53,037 nt of DNA, from the NCBI GenBank assembly GCA_038496445.1, contig JALMLS010000509.1, positions 1-53,037 of the forward strand. The letters run 5' to 3'. The position numbers were made by a program, and so were the translations under genes. This DNA is from Trichosphaerium sp. ATCC 40318 (taxonomy: Eukaryota > Protista > Tubulinea). This document shows positions 1 to 13,463 of the stretch, piece after piece. The notes beneath the pieces are model-generated. The model saw nothing but the letters and a program-made list of their open reading frames with translations, searched no databases and was not told the DNA's origin. Every line of letters starts with the position of its first letter. The stretch's first letter is position 1.

Positions 1-2181
1 GTCTTTTAACAAAACATCTAGGAATGTATGGATAACTGGCTAAACCAGATTGAAGCTACAGTAACTTTACAATGTCCTGCTGCTGTACAAACTGGATGCT
101 TTGTCCAGTAGAAGAAAGCCTGTACAAGTGTACCAAAACTGGTGAGACAACTAAAACTCTTTCCTTACAAAGTTGCTATTGACTTTATAAAAACAGGATT
201 AATTGTGAACCAAAACGATTTAGAGAGAGGATATCCAATAATTACAGATACTCGCATGAACTTATGGGGTTCTGTTTCTGGTCAGTCTTTTTACAACAAA
301 GGAGAATGGAACAAGAAAGGTTTATTGAAATTCACAACACTTTTGAACGATGAGACTATTCCTGTACGTTAAGAACCTCTATCAGAGCACGTGACATTTG
401 ATTTTTCTTACAAGCATTTTTTTAATCAATAGGAACGTCAAATAGAGTATATTAGAGCAAGAAATATGTTCTATAACTTTGTTGGCACAAACAAGAACTC
501 TTACTTTAATGTGTCTAAGATTGTATTTTTTGATAATCCGAAACTTGAAGGCAAATTCAAAGAGTCATACGATTCCTTTGTGGAAAAGACGATCAAAAGA
601 GATACTAAGGGAGACATAGAAAATGAAGGTATGTTTAGTATTGTTGTCAATTACTTACACTCTATGAAAGATATGACGCCACACAAACGGTGGTACGGTT
701 ATTAACAAATCATAAAAAACGCTGAAACGTGTCACCAAAGTGTTGTTCTTTTTGCGCCATGTTATTGTTGCTAATTATTTGAAGGGTAAAATCGCACCTT
801 AAGAATTATGTTATGCGTATATCCGGAAATGAAGGCATAAACCTCATAGCTGGTTTTCATGGAACATCTGAAGTACATTTTTATTAACCATTTTTGTTGC
901 TGCTAACTTGTATTTATCAAGGACGTGAGCTACGAGATTGCCACCCACAATTTTTTAGAGCCACATGAGCTCAAGCAACAAACTGATCCTGGTTATTTCG
1001 GTACTCATTGGTCACATGATTTGGAGTCCAACCGCTAACTTTTTACAAAAAGGCAAAGGCATTTATTTCACTCAGTACCCTTCTTATGGTATACCAGTTT
1101 ACGTGATTGATTGACGTCTTGCTAATCACGTGATTTTTTATAAAGGGTCCATATATGCTGAAATGGAAAAGTCACCAAAAGAGAAGTGTATGTTGATATC
1201 TTGGGTCATGATGGGAAAGCCTTATCCTGTCACTGAAGATCCAAATCCAGCAGATCCAAAAAGTCTTCTTGGTAAAGGATGCAAGGCATGTCAAACCTGT
1301 TCTAAAAATACATGTGATAACAGAATTGTTAGCCCGGGTATGATTCTCACTATGCTGTTGTGAAAAACAAAGCAAATGCTACAATATTCTTTCCTTGTCA
1401 GATGGACGAAAAACCAGATGCTGATGAGATTGTAGTATTCTCAAAGAACCAAGCATGTTCTTTTATTCAACTTTCTTTTTTGTTAGCCTAACTTGGTTTG
1501 ATCGTTTAGGTACTTCCTCGTTACCTTGTTTACTATACTCGCACCAGTAGCAATGCAGACATGTCATTTGATGTGAGTTGGCGTGAGGCAGCGTGTCTTA
1601 TTCTGTGGGTTGATGATAACATGTCAACAGAAAACCAGATACTGGCTGACAAAGTTGAAGAAAACGTCATTAAAACAAAGGTACTAGCACATAACTAAAT
1701 CCAATCTTCTTTCTCTCAGCGAATCATATTTGTAACCATTGCTTTCTGTAGGTCATTCAAATGACATCAACGAAGGAATTGATTGCTTGGTTAAACAAGT
1801 TTTCAGGTTTTTGCCCACCTAATAAGATACGTATTATCACAAATAGATATCGTAAAGATGACGGTGAAGATGAAGCTGCAGATATATTACTAAAATCATT
1901 AAGATCAAACGAAAAATGGGCGAACCTTTATACTTTTGTTTATTGTACTATCTTTTTATCCTTTTTTTTGGCTTTTGAGGTTGATTAACCGGTTTTAATT
2001 AGCTAGTACTATGGATGCCAGATACCTTGCGCGTAAATACAAAAGAACAACAGTGACGGATAAGGCTCAGGATATAGTTAATATACCCAATTTCGTTGAA
2101 CGCAAACAAAATTTGCACTGGGACCACTATCTCAGAACAGCGTTCCTTGTAGGAATCACATATATAGATTCTTTCAACTAA
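1..2181 (+). CDS. PARP-like (H-Y-E) ADP-ribosyltransferase with C-terminal receiver-like domain; multi-exon, 5' end outside window
   Basis: Spliced exons read GFHGTSE, TDPGYFGKGIYFTQYPSYG, CMLISWVMMGKPYPV, GYDSHY and DEIVVFSKNQVLPRYLVYY (PARP-fold motifs), then LILWVDDN...RIITNRYR. Stop TAA at 2179-2181. Confidence 0.75.
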
Positions 2182-2400
2182 CGAAACTTGAACATACAGA
2201 TGATAAAACTATGAAAAAGAAAGGGTGCAGACATGAAAAATGGCATTTTTAGGATAATTTGTCCAAAATAGTTTGTTGCTTGTTGGATTGATATTTGGTC
2301 GTGTATCGTAGTGGGAGAGGTTTTTTTTGTAATATTACTTTGTATGCCATGTATTTATTTAAATGAAAGGTTTATTTTTTTTATGTTGTATCACGTGTTC

Positions 2401-3888
2401 TTATTGTAGTGCAAACATACGAACAAGCAATAATTCTTTTGGAAAATCTGTTTGTAGCTTCTCTTTTACAAGCCTTAATCCAGCAGCCTCAAAAATTAGT
2501 TTTAAATGGCGATCGGAACGTGTTACAGAAGCATCTTGAGTATCAAGAATAAAATGGCTTCTATGGACGTTATCTTTGAGTATAATGATTCCTAGAAAAA
2601 AAATATAAACAAAAAGTTGTAAGAAAGCAGACTGTTTTTTCTTCGTACCAGTGTCAGAAAGAGCTGTTTTGCACATTTTTAAAAATGATATTAAATCTCT
2701 ATCTGTAAGGTATATAATAACCCATTGTATCCAAATAAGGTCGTAAGACTTTTCTTCTAATTTAGCTGTCTGGAGAAAAAAAAAAAGTAAGAAAGAAATA
2801 AGAAAAGTTGTGTAAAATCACAAAAAATGCCAACGTTCTCTATCAGTTGCATAGTAGTACTTCTACTTAGCAAGAACCCGAGTATATGCGCCGTGGTACT
2901 AACAAAGGATTCGAATTAAAAAAATTACCTGAAGAGGATCACAAATGAAGTTATCAATGCACTTAATTCCCTTTAAATGTGTGTTTTTAGCATAATCCAA
3001 GAACGTTTGGTTCTGTTCTAGTAGGTCCAGATGCTCAAATCCGAGTTTTGATAATACCAATTTTGCAACACGACCAATACCAGCACCACAATCTAGTAGA
3101 CAACCATTTTAATAAGCAACCAAAAAAAAAACCAAAAAACTTTGCTTCGCATGTTGTCTTACCAATTGTACGTCCTCTTTTAATCTTTGTGACTCCTTTA
3201 CCTTGTAAAAACAACCTAGCAAATGCAATAGATCCATTGGCATCCTATTTGCACTATCAGTGCATGTGTAAAATAGAGTTTTTGAACAGAAGAAAACGCA
3301 CAATTTCTGAAACGTTGTCATATCCTCCAAGCATACCATTGATGTCTGATGATTGATCCTTCATTTTGTTAGTATCCTACGCATGTGAATATGCGATAAC
3401 ATACCTCCCAGTGCTTTGTACTGAGTGAGTACCAATCTATGGCAGATGGTTGTTGAACTTCTTTAATTTCGCCTCCTTCGCCCTCTACGGTCGATTAAAA
3501 CGTATTCAGGAGCGTTTATACACGTTAAACACAGTTTTCAATCGTTTTCGGTTTTGTGAAAATACACTTGAGTAAAAGTATGCTAGTACCTGTTTCTTCA
3601 TCGTCTTCATGCCGTAGAACGCAATCTGCTGGGAAATTATCTGCCGGTAATGTTATACGAAGTGGATTCGTTTCATCGTCAACGCCTAGTAATTCACTGA
3701 GTATTTTAGTGCGTCTGTGGCGTAATGTAACCTTTCTCAGTTGTGTAGAATTTGGATAATTTCTGTTCGATTGTCAATTGGCGAGATGCGCTCCCCTTTG
3801 GGTTATTCCGCCCACCGCGGCCTTTTTTCTTGTTATTAGGTTTATTGCCTCCTCTCTTGTTTGGTTTCTTTCCACTCCTTCTAGACAT
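2401..3888 (-). CDS. NTMT1: Alpha-N-terminal protein methyltransferase (NTMT1/Tae1 family), multi-exon
   Basis: Motifs INGMLGGY, LDCGAGIGRV, YDLIWIQWVIIYLTD, LKDNV, DASVTRSD and FPKELLLVRMFAL. Basic N-terminal extension from ATG 3888. Confidence 0.9.
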
Positions 3889-4009
3889 GTCGTAGCGAGT
3901 ATAATTATACAGAAAAAACCCTCACAACAAGAATTTGGGCCAAACAGTGAAAACGTTTGAATAAACAAAAGTCTGCTACAGCGAAAAAAATCAGGTGTCA
4001 ATAGCGATA

Positions 4010-7000
4010 ATGAGTGAGCCGGTCAAGAACGCAGAGTAATTATGCTTTTAACGCTCGTTTATCTAATAAGCATAATAGACCGACAAATGAGCCAGTAGAA
4101 GCGGTTACTAATGAGGATAAACCAAAGGATACCAGTACAACAGTAGAGAAGAAACAGAAAGAAAAAAGGCCAGATCCAATATGGAGTGATGTAAAAAGCT
4201 TATTATGGGATGTAGCGGATGGTACGATAGAGTGTTAACTGTTTCTTAAACCAACAAGATAATTAGAAATGAAACCTGCACAAATGGTGTATGGTGATAG
4301 ATTTACGCTTGTAGAAGCTATGGGCGCTATAGAGGTATGAAACGCGAAGAAATTACCACCATTTCGTTGTGAAGGCGTTGTTTCTTATTCCAGAGTAGCT
4401 CATGGATAAAATGGATCCGTGCGTTGGTGCAGGAGAAGTAAAAACGCTGTACGAGCACATGCTAGATGGTACCCTCACAAAGCCTTGCGATCTCACTTAT
4501 AGCGAAACAATGGGCGTCATTGATCACTTGCTTACTCTGGAGGCACAAAAAATGAGACTACAAGCCATAATATACTCACTCTTTCCTAGCTCATGTGGTA
4601 CAGCGGTGCTCAGTTGATACAGACTCTATTTTCGTGCTATTACATGTTCGATCATAAAGTCATCAAGGATAACCCTATTCTCGAGGTTGTTATAAAATTC
4701 TACCTCGCAAGGTGTAAGACTATACGTGGTATGGCTAAAAACACAGATAACTATGAGGTAACAAAAGATATTAGCTAATTTTTAAACGGCAAAACTATAT
4801 TTTATTTTTTTCGAAGTTTCTTTCGGGTTTTTTTCCAATTGGTGAGGTTGACAAGAAATGTAGGTAGATGATTTTTCTGCTGTTATATCTGGTATTGCTA
4901 TTCCTGATATAGACATGAACGAAACGTTCGAGAAATGCGATGATTTGCTCACAAAGCTAAAAAATAAAGGTTTTCTAATTTTTTCATTGTTAATGCTTAT
5001 ATTTAATAGAAATGAAGCTGAAATGTGAAACAAACGAAGAGGAAAAAATCAGACAAGCACTGATAACGCGATTAATGTTTCACAAGGTGAGATTTTATTC
5101 AGTGAAGATTGACACATCCTTGAATAGCAACTGTCACATTTGATTTTCTTTTTGAGTTATGGTTTTTTTACACGTGTTTCTGTTATGCTTAATTTATTGA
5201 TAGTCTTACCAAAAAGCTTGGGTTCAACTAGAAGCTCGTGAATTCACTACAGCAAAAAGAACATTTTTGGGTTGTGTTGTTCAAATTAACAAGTTGAAAC
5301 AATCTCAAGAACTGCTAAAGGTACGTCTGCCCTACTCTAAAAATTGGTGTCAATACATTTAACACATATGTTTGGTAATGTGTTTACTTTGTGGACACAC
5401 AACGGACACAACATAGTAACAAGCTATTAATTGTGCTTGTAATATCACGTGTTATTAACAATTCTATGTTAGGTTCCAGATGTCTTTAGGAGTGATATGG
5501 GTAAACGCTATGCAAATTCTCCATTGAAGCCAATTACACCGTGGACATTTTTAGAAGCAGTGCCACACCTTACAAATGTTCTCCGTAATTTTATGAAGCT
5601 TTGTGATATAACAGCATATAACAATCTATTCACTTTACGATTTTTCATCTGGGAGCTTATGGATAATGCTTCTAGCGCTATTATTCGTATCACACTTGTG
5701 GTGCGTAGCAATAGTTACGCTAACAACAAAGAAAGAAAGAAAGACATGTTTAGCTTGCCACAAAGAACTTTTTCTTGCGCGGTGAAATTTCTTGACTTTT
5801 TTTTTTTTGATTTTGTCATGATAGTCTATCGCAATGTTTTATGCGTTTCTTACACTATTGTAGCACAGTATCTTTAAGAGAGTACCTGATAAAGAAGATT
5901 TATTGATATTTGGAAAAGAGTCACCAATGGAGCTTACAAGGGACATGGCTACTAAATTCTTTGCTGTACCAAGCCGTACATTTGGTCAAAAGAAAGATAT
6001 TGATACTAACTTATCAATTGAGACTGCTGGAAGGGTTCGTATTCAATTTTTTGCGACTATCTAAACTACATAAAAGGCTGACTTTTTTCTTTTTCAAAGG
6101 TTGTTCTTCGCCAGTATCAAGTATTTTCATTGAACAAAGCCCAACAAAGGCGTCGCTTAAGTAAGGAATTTGACTACTGGATGCACTGGATAACAGAGGT
6201 ACAAAAAAACCCAACAATCCAGAAAAGACACCAAATGCATACCCCTTTTTTTCTTGACATCATAAAACCCTGCGATGTATTGCCTCTCTGATTGTACGCG
6301 TCAGATTTTTATTTACTTTTTATTAGAGTGATCAAGTTGATACAGCACTATGTGGTCTTTCTAGCGCAGATTCGGTACAATATTTAAAAACATGGTTGTA
6401 ATCAAATAACTCATTTCGAAATCTTTTAGTTCCCTTATGATTACCCACGATACTTTCTTTCTCTTTACATGGATCTATTATACGTATCAATGATTCGTTA
6501 CCTTCAATTGGGATTTGAGTTACAACTCTACAGACCAGATGAATACTTTATGATCTACTGGTATGACTCTCTTTTAAGCGAGAAGAAAAACCTCAAACTT
6601 ATCAAAAATTAGGTACATGGATACTTTATATTTGAGAAGGTCAAACAGTTTTGAACATGTATTGAGGCATAACCTTTTGCGTACGTATTTGTGCTTTCGG
6701 AGAATGTTTTAGAAATTAAAACTGACTTTTGTAGGCAACACAAACGGTTGGGTGAAGCCACCAATGGGTGGTAAACAACCACCAAAAAGTCAACCTCAAA
6801 AAGGAAGAAAAAATCAAAAAGGAAAAAAAGGCAACAAAGGTACGTTGTCCGTCCATGACCTCCCTCTATCGGTCACCAGTAATTACACATATAATAAAAG
6901 CCTATTTTCGTGTTGACTCTATCAATAGGCAAGCGCAAGAAGACACTTACCATAAGACAAAAGGAACGCATTGTCAAGCAACCACTTCCTTTCAATTACC

Positions 7001-7773
7001 TTCATAAGTATATCCTCGCATACCAAAACCTCTGTAGAGGTGTACTAAGAGTAAGTTAACATATATTTCTTATTCTTTACCTTCTAAGCTTTCTTTTAAA
7101 GCATATTGCAGTACTCATGATGAACGATAAGATTTTCATTCCAGAGGTAACATCATTTTGAACCAAAAACTCAAGACTCACTTAGCTCCTTTAGTTTAAG
7201 TTTGGTTCTCCTCAAATGAATTTTTATCATCGCTTCTCAGCATTCTATACGCTTCCTCATCCTCCTTCTGAGGCTTGGCATAAGTTCAAGCAACAAGGGA
7301 CCAATTTTAAGTCATTTAAGGTAACTTTTTAAAACATTGCCCTAATCACTTTTTCTAACTTCTGCTTCAGCTTCAAGACGTCTTCAGAGGTTCATTGGAT
7401 TCTTACAAACTCGCTTTAGAGGGATTCAACGAGTTGAATTCGCATGCTGATACACCAGACGCACTCAAGAACACCATCAAGCGTGTCAAGTTGGTATGTG
7501 TTTAAGAGTGTTAAAGCGCCTTAAACTCTTTTTCTTTTAAGTTTCTGTCATTGTTCAACAGCTTACTGGTTATTTTAGGTCGCTCACACGAACTACACCG
7601 GATTGTCTAAGCTTCCACATAACAAGCAACTGAAGGATGATACATTGACTGCAAAATTTTCATTCGATGGTCACCCTCATTGGCCTGTAATTACACTTGT
7701 TAAAAAACAAGCCAAGCAACCAGTGTACGAGAAATTACGTGGTGAACCAACTGCTGAAGAAAAAAAAAAGTAA
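4010..7773 (+). CDS. NAA35: NatC N-acetyltransferase auxiliary subunit (NAA35/MAK10), multi-exon
   Basis: FTLVEAMGAIE..MDKMD, DHLLTLELMWYSGAQLIQTLFSCYY, LGFELQLYRPDEYFMIYWY and HRFSAFYTLPHPP are typical of Mak10/NAA35. Stop at 7771-7773. Confidence 0.85.
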
Positions 7774-9170
7774 CAAAATAAACAGAATTAGAATCGCAAC
7801 TAGTGGCGCCGCGTAAAATACATTTCTTTTTTTGAATATTTAAAAGAGTAGAACCCTCATAGCGCCTTTAAATTAATCACTATGACCTGCAACTATATAT
7901 TAAATGCATCTCGTGATAGTTTGGAGGCTTTTAGACATATTTTAAGAAACTATATCAAACTACGATAAAAACAGCTTTGTAACATACCACTACGCGCTTA
8001 GACTCTGAATCGACCGTTTAGCGGCTTTCATAATTATTCTTGGCTGAATTCGATATTTTGAATTCCAGTACCATTTATTTGTGTCTAATCGTGTTGATAC
8101 TACGACTGCAAGTATGTTGTGGTCAAGATATTATTTAACCGTTACAAATTTTCTACCAAGCTCTTGACCAAAGTAGTTTAAAGCGAGTGTGAACAAAACG
8201 ACACCTGCTAGCCTAAAAATGGAAGAAAAAACCAGCTCGTTTCACAAATTCGTATAAAGCAGTCTGCACATTTCACCTAATATTCACCGTACCCCTGTTA
8301 CATATTGTGGAACTAAGGCGCCAAGCGTTATTAGCACCAGTGTAACGTAGTGGAGCAACTAAAATTTTCTATCCAAATCGGATAGCGGGAAGTAGTACTC
8401 GTTTAGAAGCACATGTCTCGATCCAAAACATCGCCAAAACGGTTCCCATACCCTAAAGTAACAACCACAAGGGTTTACAAGCGTTTGTAAATGTGCATTA
8501 TCCATAATTGAGTAATTAAAATGGATATTTCTGTGAAGTGTATCCCACAATTTATTTCGATTGCTTTTTTAAGGGTTTATAAACAAATTTGGCAACATTT
8601 ATAGACATAATAAAAAACGTATTATGTATATGTTTGGTATAGTTCCAGTACTCTCCTTAGAGCAATCTTTCAATCTCTTCCTCTTCAGTGTACAACTGAT
8701 ATTAAGTCTTGTCTACCGCTTACTCCAGGCAATTGATGAGGGTTTAATGTCATTTGATGACTTAATGAAGAGAGCGTCAGGTGTGCTTCTAAGCCAGCTG
8801 ATAGTCTTCTTAGAATCTTTGGAGACTGCAGCGCCCGCGACTCACAAGAAAAACCCCAATATATACGCAAAAAGGAAGGCTCTTAGAAAGAGACTACGCT
8901 TGGAAGGCAAGCTAGCTCCGCCAAAGAAACCGTCCTTGTACCAAGTCAGACGTCGTAGCAAGCACCACACGCTACGCCGCCAGATCTGGTATCGTTCATT
9001 GTGGATGATTGAGTGATCATTCGATTAGTGTAGCGTACTAGTCCGAGTGGAAGAAACGGTAAAACCGCGTCTTTTTTGCCTTTTTTACCAATATTTAAAT
9101 TACCCACTACTAGTAGGCATGAACAACTCATCAAGAAAAATGTTCTTTTGGCCATTTTTTACAATCACCA
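7186..9170 (+). repeat. Left copy of a large inverted duplication (3' end of NAA35, downstream region and 130-aa ORF)
   Basis: Reverse complement matches 51144-53037. The ORF track gives near-identical 130-aa and 61-aa ORFs at both sites. Confidence 0.95.
8624..9016 (+). CDS. Hypothetical 130-aa protein with basic C-terminus (inside the inverted repeat)
   Basis: Open frame in both repeat copies with one amino-acid difference (V/L). No recognisable domain. Confidence 0.3.
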   Translation: MYMFGIVPVLSLEQSFNLFLFSVQLILSLVYRLLQAIDEGLMSFDDLMKRASGVLLSQLIVFLESLETAAPATHKKNPNIYAKRKALRKRLRLEGKLAPPKKPSLYQVRRRSKHHTLRRQIWYRSLWMIE

Positions 9171-10192
9171 CAAGCTGTCAGCAATCGACCAACAGTAGGT
9201 TCCATGTGGGCGTATACAAAGCTCTGTATTTCATACAGATAATCAATATACTGCCGTAGCCATTAACAAAGCTAAATAAAACTTAAACACAACCATAACT
9301 CTCCTTGCAACGATTATACCAGCTTTTTGACATACCAATTGAGATACCTGTTCAATTACTATCATATGTACAGCGTTCTCCACATCAACGTACCATTACT
9401 GGGGTTGTCTTTTCCAAATCTACGAGATTGGACTCATCCACTGGGTAGAGTGCATGCCATTTCCCTCAGAAGCTGTGAGGGTATCACTGAAACAATTTAC
9501 ATTTCACGTGCACAATAGATTTACATAAGCAAATGACGATTGCTTATTCCTCTTTGTAATGTCCGCGTCGTAGATAAAAGTATAACTCTTGTAACCATTT
9601 CATCAGTGACAATAACATAGCAGCACTATCCAGCTAACGTATTATTTCGCTTGAAAAACAAGGTCTGTTAAAAAGGAGTAACGCAGTAATTGGGTATGAA
9701 GTAAGTTCACTACTTCATAAGGTTACTTCAGAAAATGTTGTGACAATAATTTTGTATTCCCAAGCAGTACAAAATACGTCGGTGCTCTAATTTCTATAAA
9801 CTCGATGCAAAGTATGTTCACGTGTTGATCAATTTGTCAAGACACTTTACATTGAAACAGTAGTGGCTCCTTTTTGGACCCTTTTTGGTACTCGGTAGCT
9901 CTTGTTAAGCCGTTTTAAGATAGTTTGGTACTTGAATTTTAAAAAGCTATCTAACTACTACGAGACGCATTTAGACGCGTACAGGTACGCATATTGGCGT
10001 TTTGTAATTTTTTGCAGCTTGAAAGAAACGAGCTCTGTTTTTATTCGTAAGTTTACATATACTACGTGTGCTGTTAGGTAGAGCCCTTTTATCGAAACGT
10101 AGCGTTCTTGAAGTAAAATGTGCAACAACTGCAAGTACAGTACTTGACTTAACAATGCCAGATAAGATACTGCTTGTGTAGTAATACACAGC

Positions 10193-12479
10193 ATGAACGA
10201 CAGTTTGAAAGTAGAAATTACAGACAAGCCGGGCAAACGTTTTTGTAGCGCAAGAGGCTCAAGAGGATCCAGATCGTTTAGTCTTGACCTCTCAAGCGCT
10301 ACTCGCACTTTTGCCGAATTGAAGTCGCCTTCGCCTCGAAGTATTGCCCGCAGTACTACAGACCCGACGTGGGCTTGCCCTGGTAAGTTTTCGGTTCGTA
10401 CAACATTAAAACAATAACACTGAGCAGAAAAACGTGCTAAAATGAGACAAGAAGCGTCTAATATACATAACGTTCAAACTCGTACGTTTTATCGTAATTT
10501 AGGCATAATTTCACGTACCGTATTTAACAAGCTCTAACAACATTGACGTGTAGTGCAGCGATACTTAGATCTCTTTATTGAAGCTTTGGAAGATACCATA
10601 ATTGTAAAAGACAAAACAGACGAACCTACGTATGACGTACGAACTGTCATCGCGTATAGTACATAAAAAACGCTTTTACTTTAATTTCAGCCGAATTGTA
10701 GGCTTTTTCTTTTCAAAACGTGTCAAGTCTTCCTTTTCACTCACAAACGCACTGTATGACATGAAAAAGTGGTGCCTGGTACCTTTTTTTATTCCTTGAG
10801 TCCAAATAAAGAGTTTTTTTTCTCATTAATTGAAAAACCAAGAAATCACTAACTCTTTTTCGACAAAAACAGACGTCATTAGAGAATAAACACTCTTCTC
10901 CTCTTACACCAGATCTTACGCCTAAGAGAAGACGTATTGAAATCAATTCAAAGGATATGTATGGATTTGTTCTTGATGCTGTACAAGCGCCACTATGGAA
11001 TAATTTCTATATCCAATTCTTGGATAGTGTTCAGGTAAAAACTCAATACTACTTTCCTTTATTGTTTTTTAATTCGTACTGATATCATCCTATTCAGGGG
11101 CAAACTGCCGCTTTTTCTGCTTTACAGTTCGCTCAAAACAGTAGCGTTGATGTCATGTCATTAGTACAAAAAGGTGTACCACCTAACCAGCGAGACTATG
11201 TAAGAAAACGCGATTTATTTCTCATTTTTTTTTCTTTTTGCTTGCACGTTTTTGTCGTTTATTTTATTTGTTTTGGTCTCATAAAGTTCCTATAGTTTTG
11301 GGGTGTATTCCTTAACATACCTACAAATGTATCTTATTTTCCTGATGAATATAAGACATTCCATGAGCGTTCTCGTAATTTATCATCACCTACATTTACG
11401 CAGATAGAAAACGTACGTTTCTTGGTTTTTTATACTTTTTATGCTCCCATGACTTACCTGTCTTTGTAGGATATTTCCAGGGCATTTAATTCAGTTCATT
11501 GTTTGGATAATGAGTTTAAGGATAAATTGCGAAACGTTTTACGAGCGTATGCGCTAAGAAATCCTCGCGTTGGTATGTTCTATTTTTACCATATTTTTTT
11601 TCGTTTCATAATGGTTTTTCTGCAGGTTATTGTCAGTCTATGAATATGGTTGCTGGTGGTCTTCTGGTTCTTATGAAAAAGGAAGTAGAAGTTTATTGGG
11701 GACTCGTACATATAGTAGAGAAGATATGTAGTTTATACTATCTAGAAGCAGGGTTGATAGGAGGTACACTTGTAGTTTTTTTTTGAAAAGTTCGAAAACA
11801 AAACAAGTTTTCGGGCTACACTCTTCACTGTGAGTTCAATTTCCTACTTGCGAGCGTTTATTATGCAATTGCATTATTCAGTTGCATATTTCAAAGTCAC
11901 GTTAGAGCCATACTCAACACCTCATCGAAACCATCGATGTCTAGTTCTTTTTTTTTACTCGTTATTATTTACTTTATTTGACTGTTTGTAGTTATTGTAG
12001 ATAATGATGTTCTTACACATTATATCAAACAAAGGCTTCCTGTACTTGCAGATCATTTTGAGAGTGTTGAATTTAATATGATGCTATTGACGTCTGGATG
12101 GTTTCTATGCCTTTTTATGAACTATTTGCCTTCTGAATGTGCTTTTCGTATGTGGGATGTTTTATTTGCAAAAGGCCCTTGTGTTCTCTTTGAGACTGCA
12201 CTGGCGATACTATCAATGTTCCAAGAAGACCTATGTGGTTGTAAAGATGCAATAGCAATATACTCGTTGCTTAAAGTCAGGATGAAACTCATCTTTGACT
12301 ACAATGATATTTTGAAGGTAAACACAATTTTTATCCCTATTTGTGTTGATGTCTTACTCGATTTTTAGATGAATGTACCTTGTATAGACCCTATTGACCT
12401 TAAGATACGACGTGATGTATGTAGAAGGAATGTAATTAAAACAAAACGAGAAAGCAAGAGTCCTACTAGGGTACTGTAG
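10193..12479 (+). CDS. TBC-domain Rab GTPase-activating protein, multi-exon
   Basis: DMYGF, VQKGVP, QIENDISRAF (IxxDxxR), LRAYALRNPRVGYCQSMN (YxQ) and WFLCLFMNYLPSECAFRMWD. The start at 10193 is inferred. Confidence 0.9.
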
Positions 12480-12607
12480 GAAAAAAAAAAAAACTGTTGT
12501 AAAATAGCAAAAATACTATGTAAAATAAAACCTGTGAAATACCCAAACGTGGCTTTTCTTGTACACTACTTAATACCAAGCCCGTGTGACTTAATCAATA
12601 GCACGTG

Positions 12608-13069
12608 ATGTCAGCACGGACAGTGGTAGCTCAGCGTAACGATGAAGAAGGCTTCATTAAAGCCTTTTCTGATGGCACTTATTTTGATTCAAATCTAGAA
12701 GCCAAACAACACTTTGAAAGATATGTTGATACCAAGAAGCTATTTATCCTATTCATTGATAAAGATATTGTTGGTTTCTTCAACTACGCTCATCAATACT
12801 CCCATTTGGCTAATTATTTAGAAGATATTGCAATAAAGAAGACATACAGAGGTAAAGGACACGTGAAACATCTATTGAATAAATTCATTGAAATTTCGAA
12901 ATTGGAGCGGACAAGGAACACTGTTGCCTTAAGTTCAACTCATATAACGAATATATTATCTCAAAAGATGCACGAGAAGTATGGTTTCAAGGCGATAGGT
13001 ACACTCAAGGCTTTACACTACGGCGAGGATGAAATTTTTTATGCCTTTGATTTGGTTTCAACAAAATGA
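12608..13069 (+). CDS. GNAT-family acetyltransferase, intronless
   Basis: YLEDIAIKKTYRGKGHV (acetyl-CoA binding motif A) and NILSQKMHEKYGF (motif B). Single exon. Confidence 0.85.
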   Translation: MSARTVVAQRNDEEGFIKAFSDGTYFDSNLEAKQHFERYVDTKKLFILFIDKDIVGFFNYAHQYSHLANYLEDIAIKKTYRGKGHVKHLLNKFIEISKLERTRNTVALSSTHITNILSQKMHEKYGFKAIGTLKALHYGEDEIFYAFDLVSTK

Positions 13070-13463
13070 ACTATTTATGTATCCACTTGTCGTGGTAAGT
13101 GCAACTCTAGGAATACTTGAATCCATCTATAATTAGTAAGACAACATTCAACGAAAGCAACAGTGTAACTAAGTTGAGTTTTTTTAATTGTTTTTGCCGG
13201 TAAAACTCGACGATTTGTCAAATATAATATGTATCTAAAATCAACTGTCTTTAACGCCTCAATCCCGTAGTCTGTTACCCTCCTGTACTTGGCCAAGTTA
13301 ATAGAATGGAAACCCGACAACCTTTTACATTTCAAATTCTGTCAACTCCCTTTTTGCCGAGAATTAGTATAAAGCTATTGGGACAAAGTATCCAGCTCAA
13401 TTGTAATGACTTTTTTTTTTTGTTTAATTGTAATTTTTTATTATGCTTGTTGAGTTGAATTGC

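Noticed and set aside
22-110. RING-like fragment ECMDNWL..QCP at the window start
   Set aside because: The CP part may be intronic and the rest lies outside the window.
9130-9800. Possible degraded minus-strand gene (fragments such as WLRQYIDYLYEIQ)
   Set aside because: No consistent exon chain or recognisable domain could be built.
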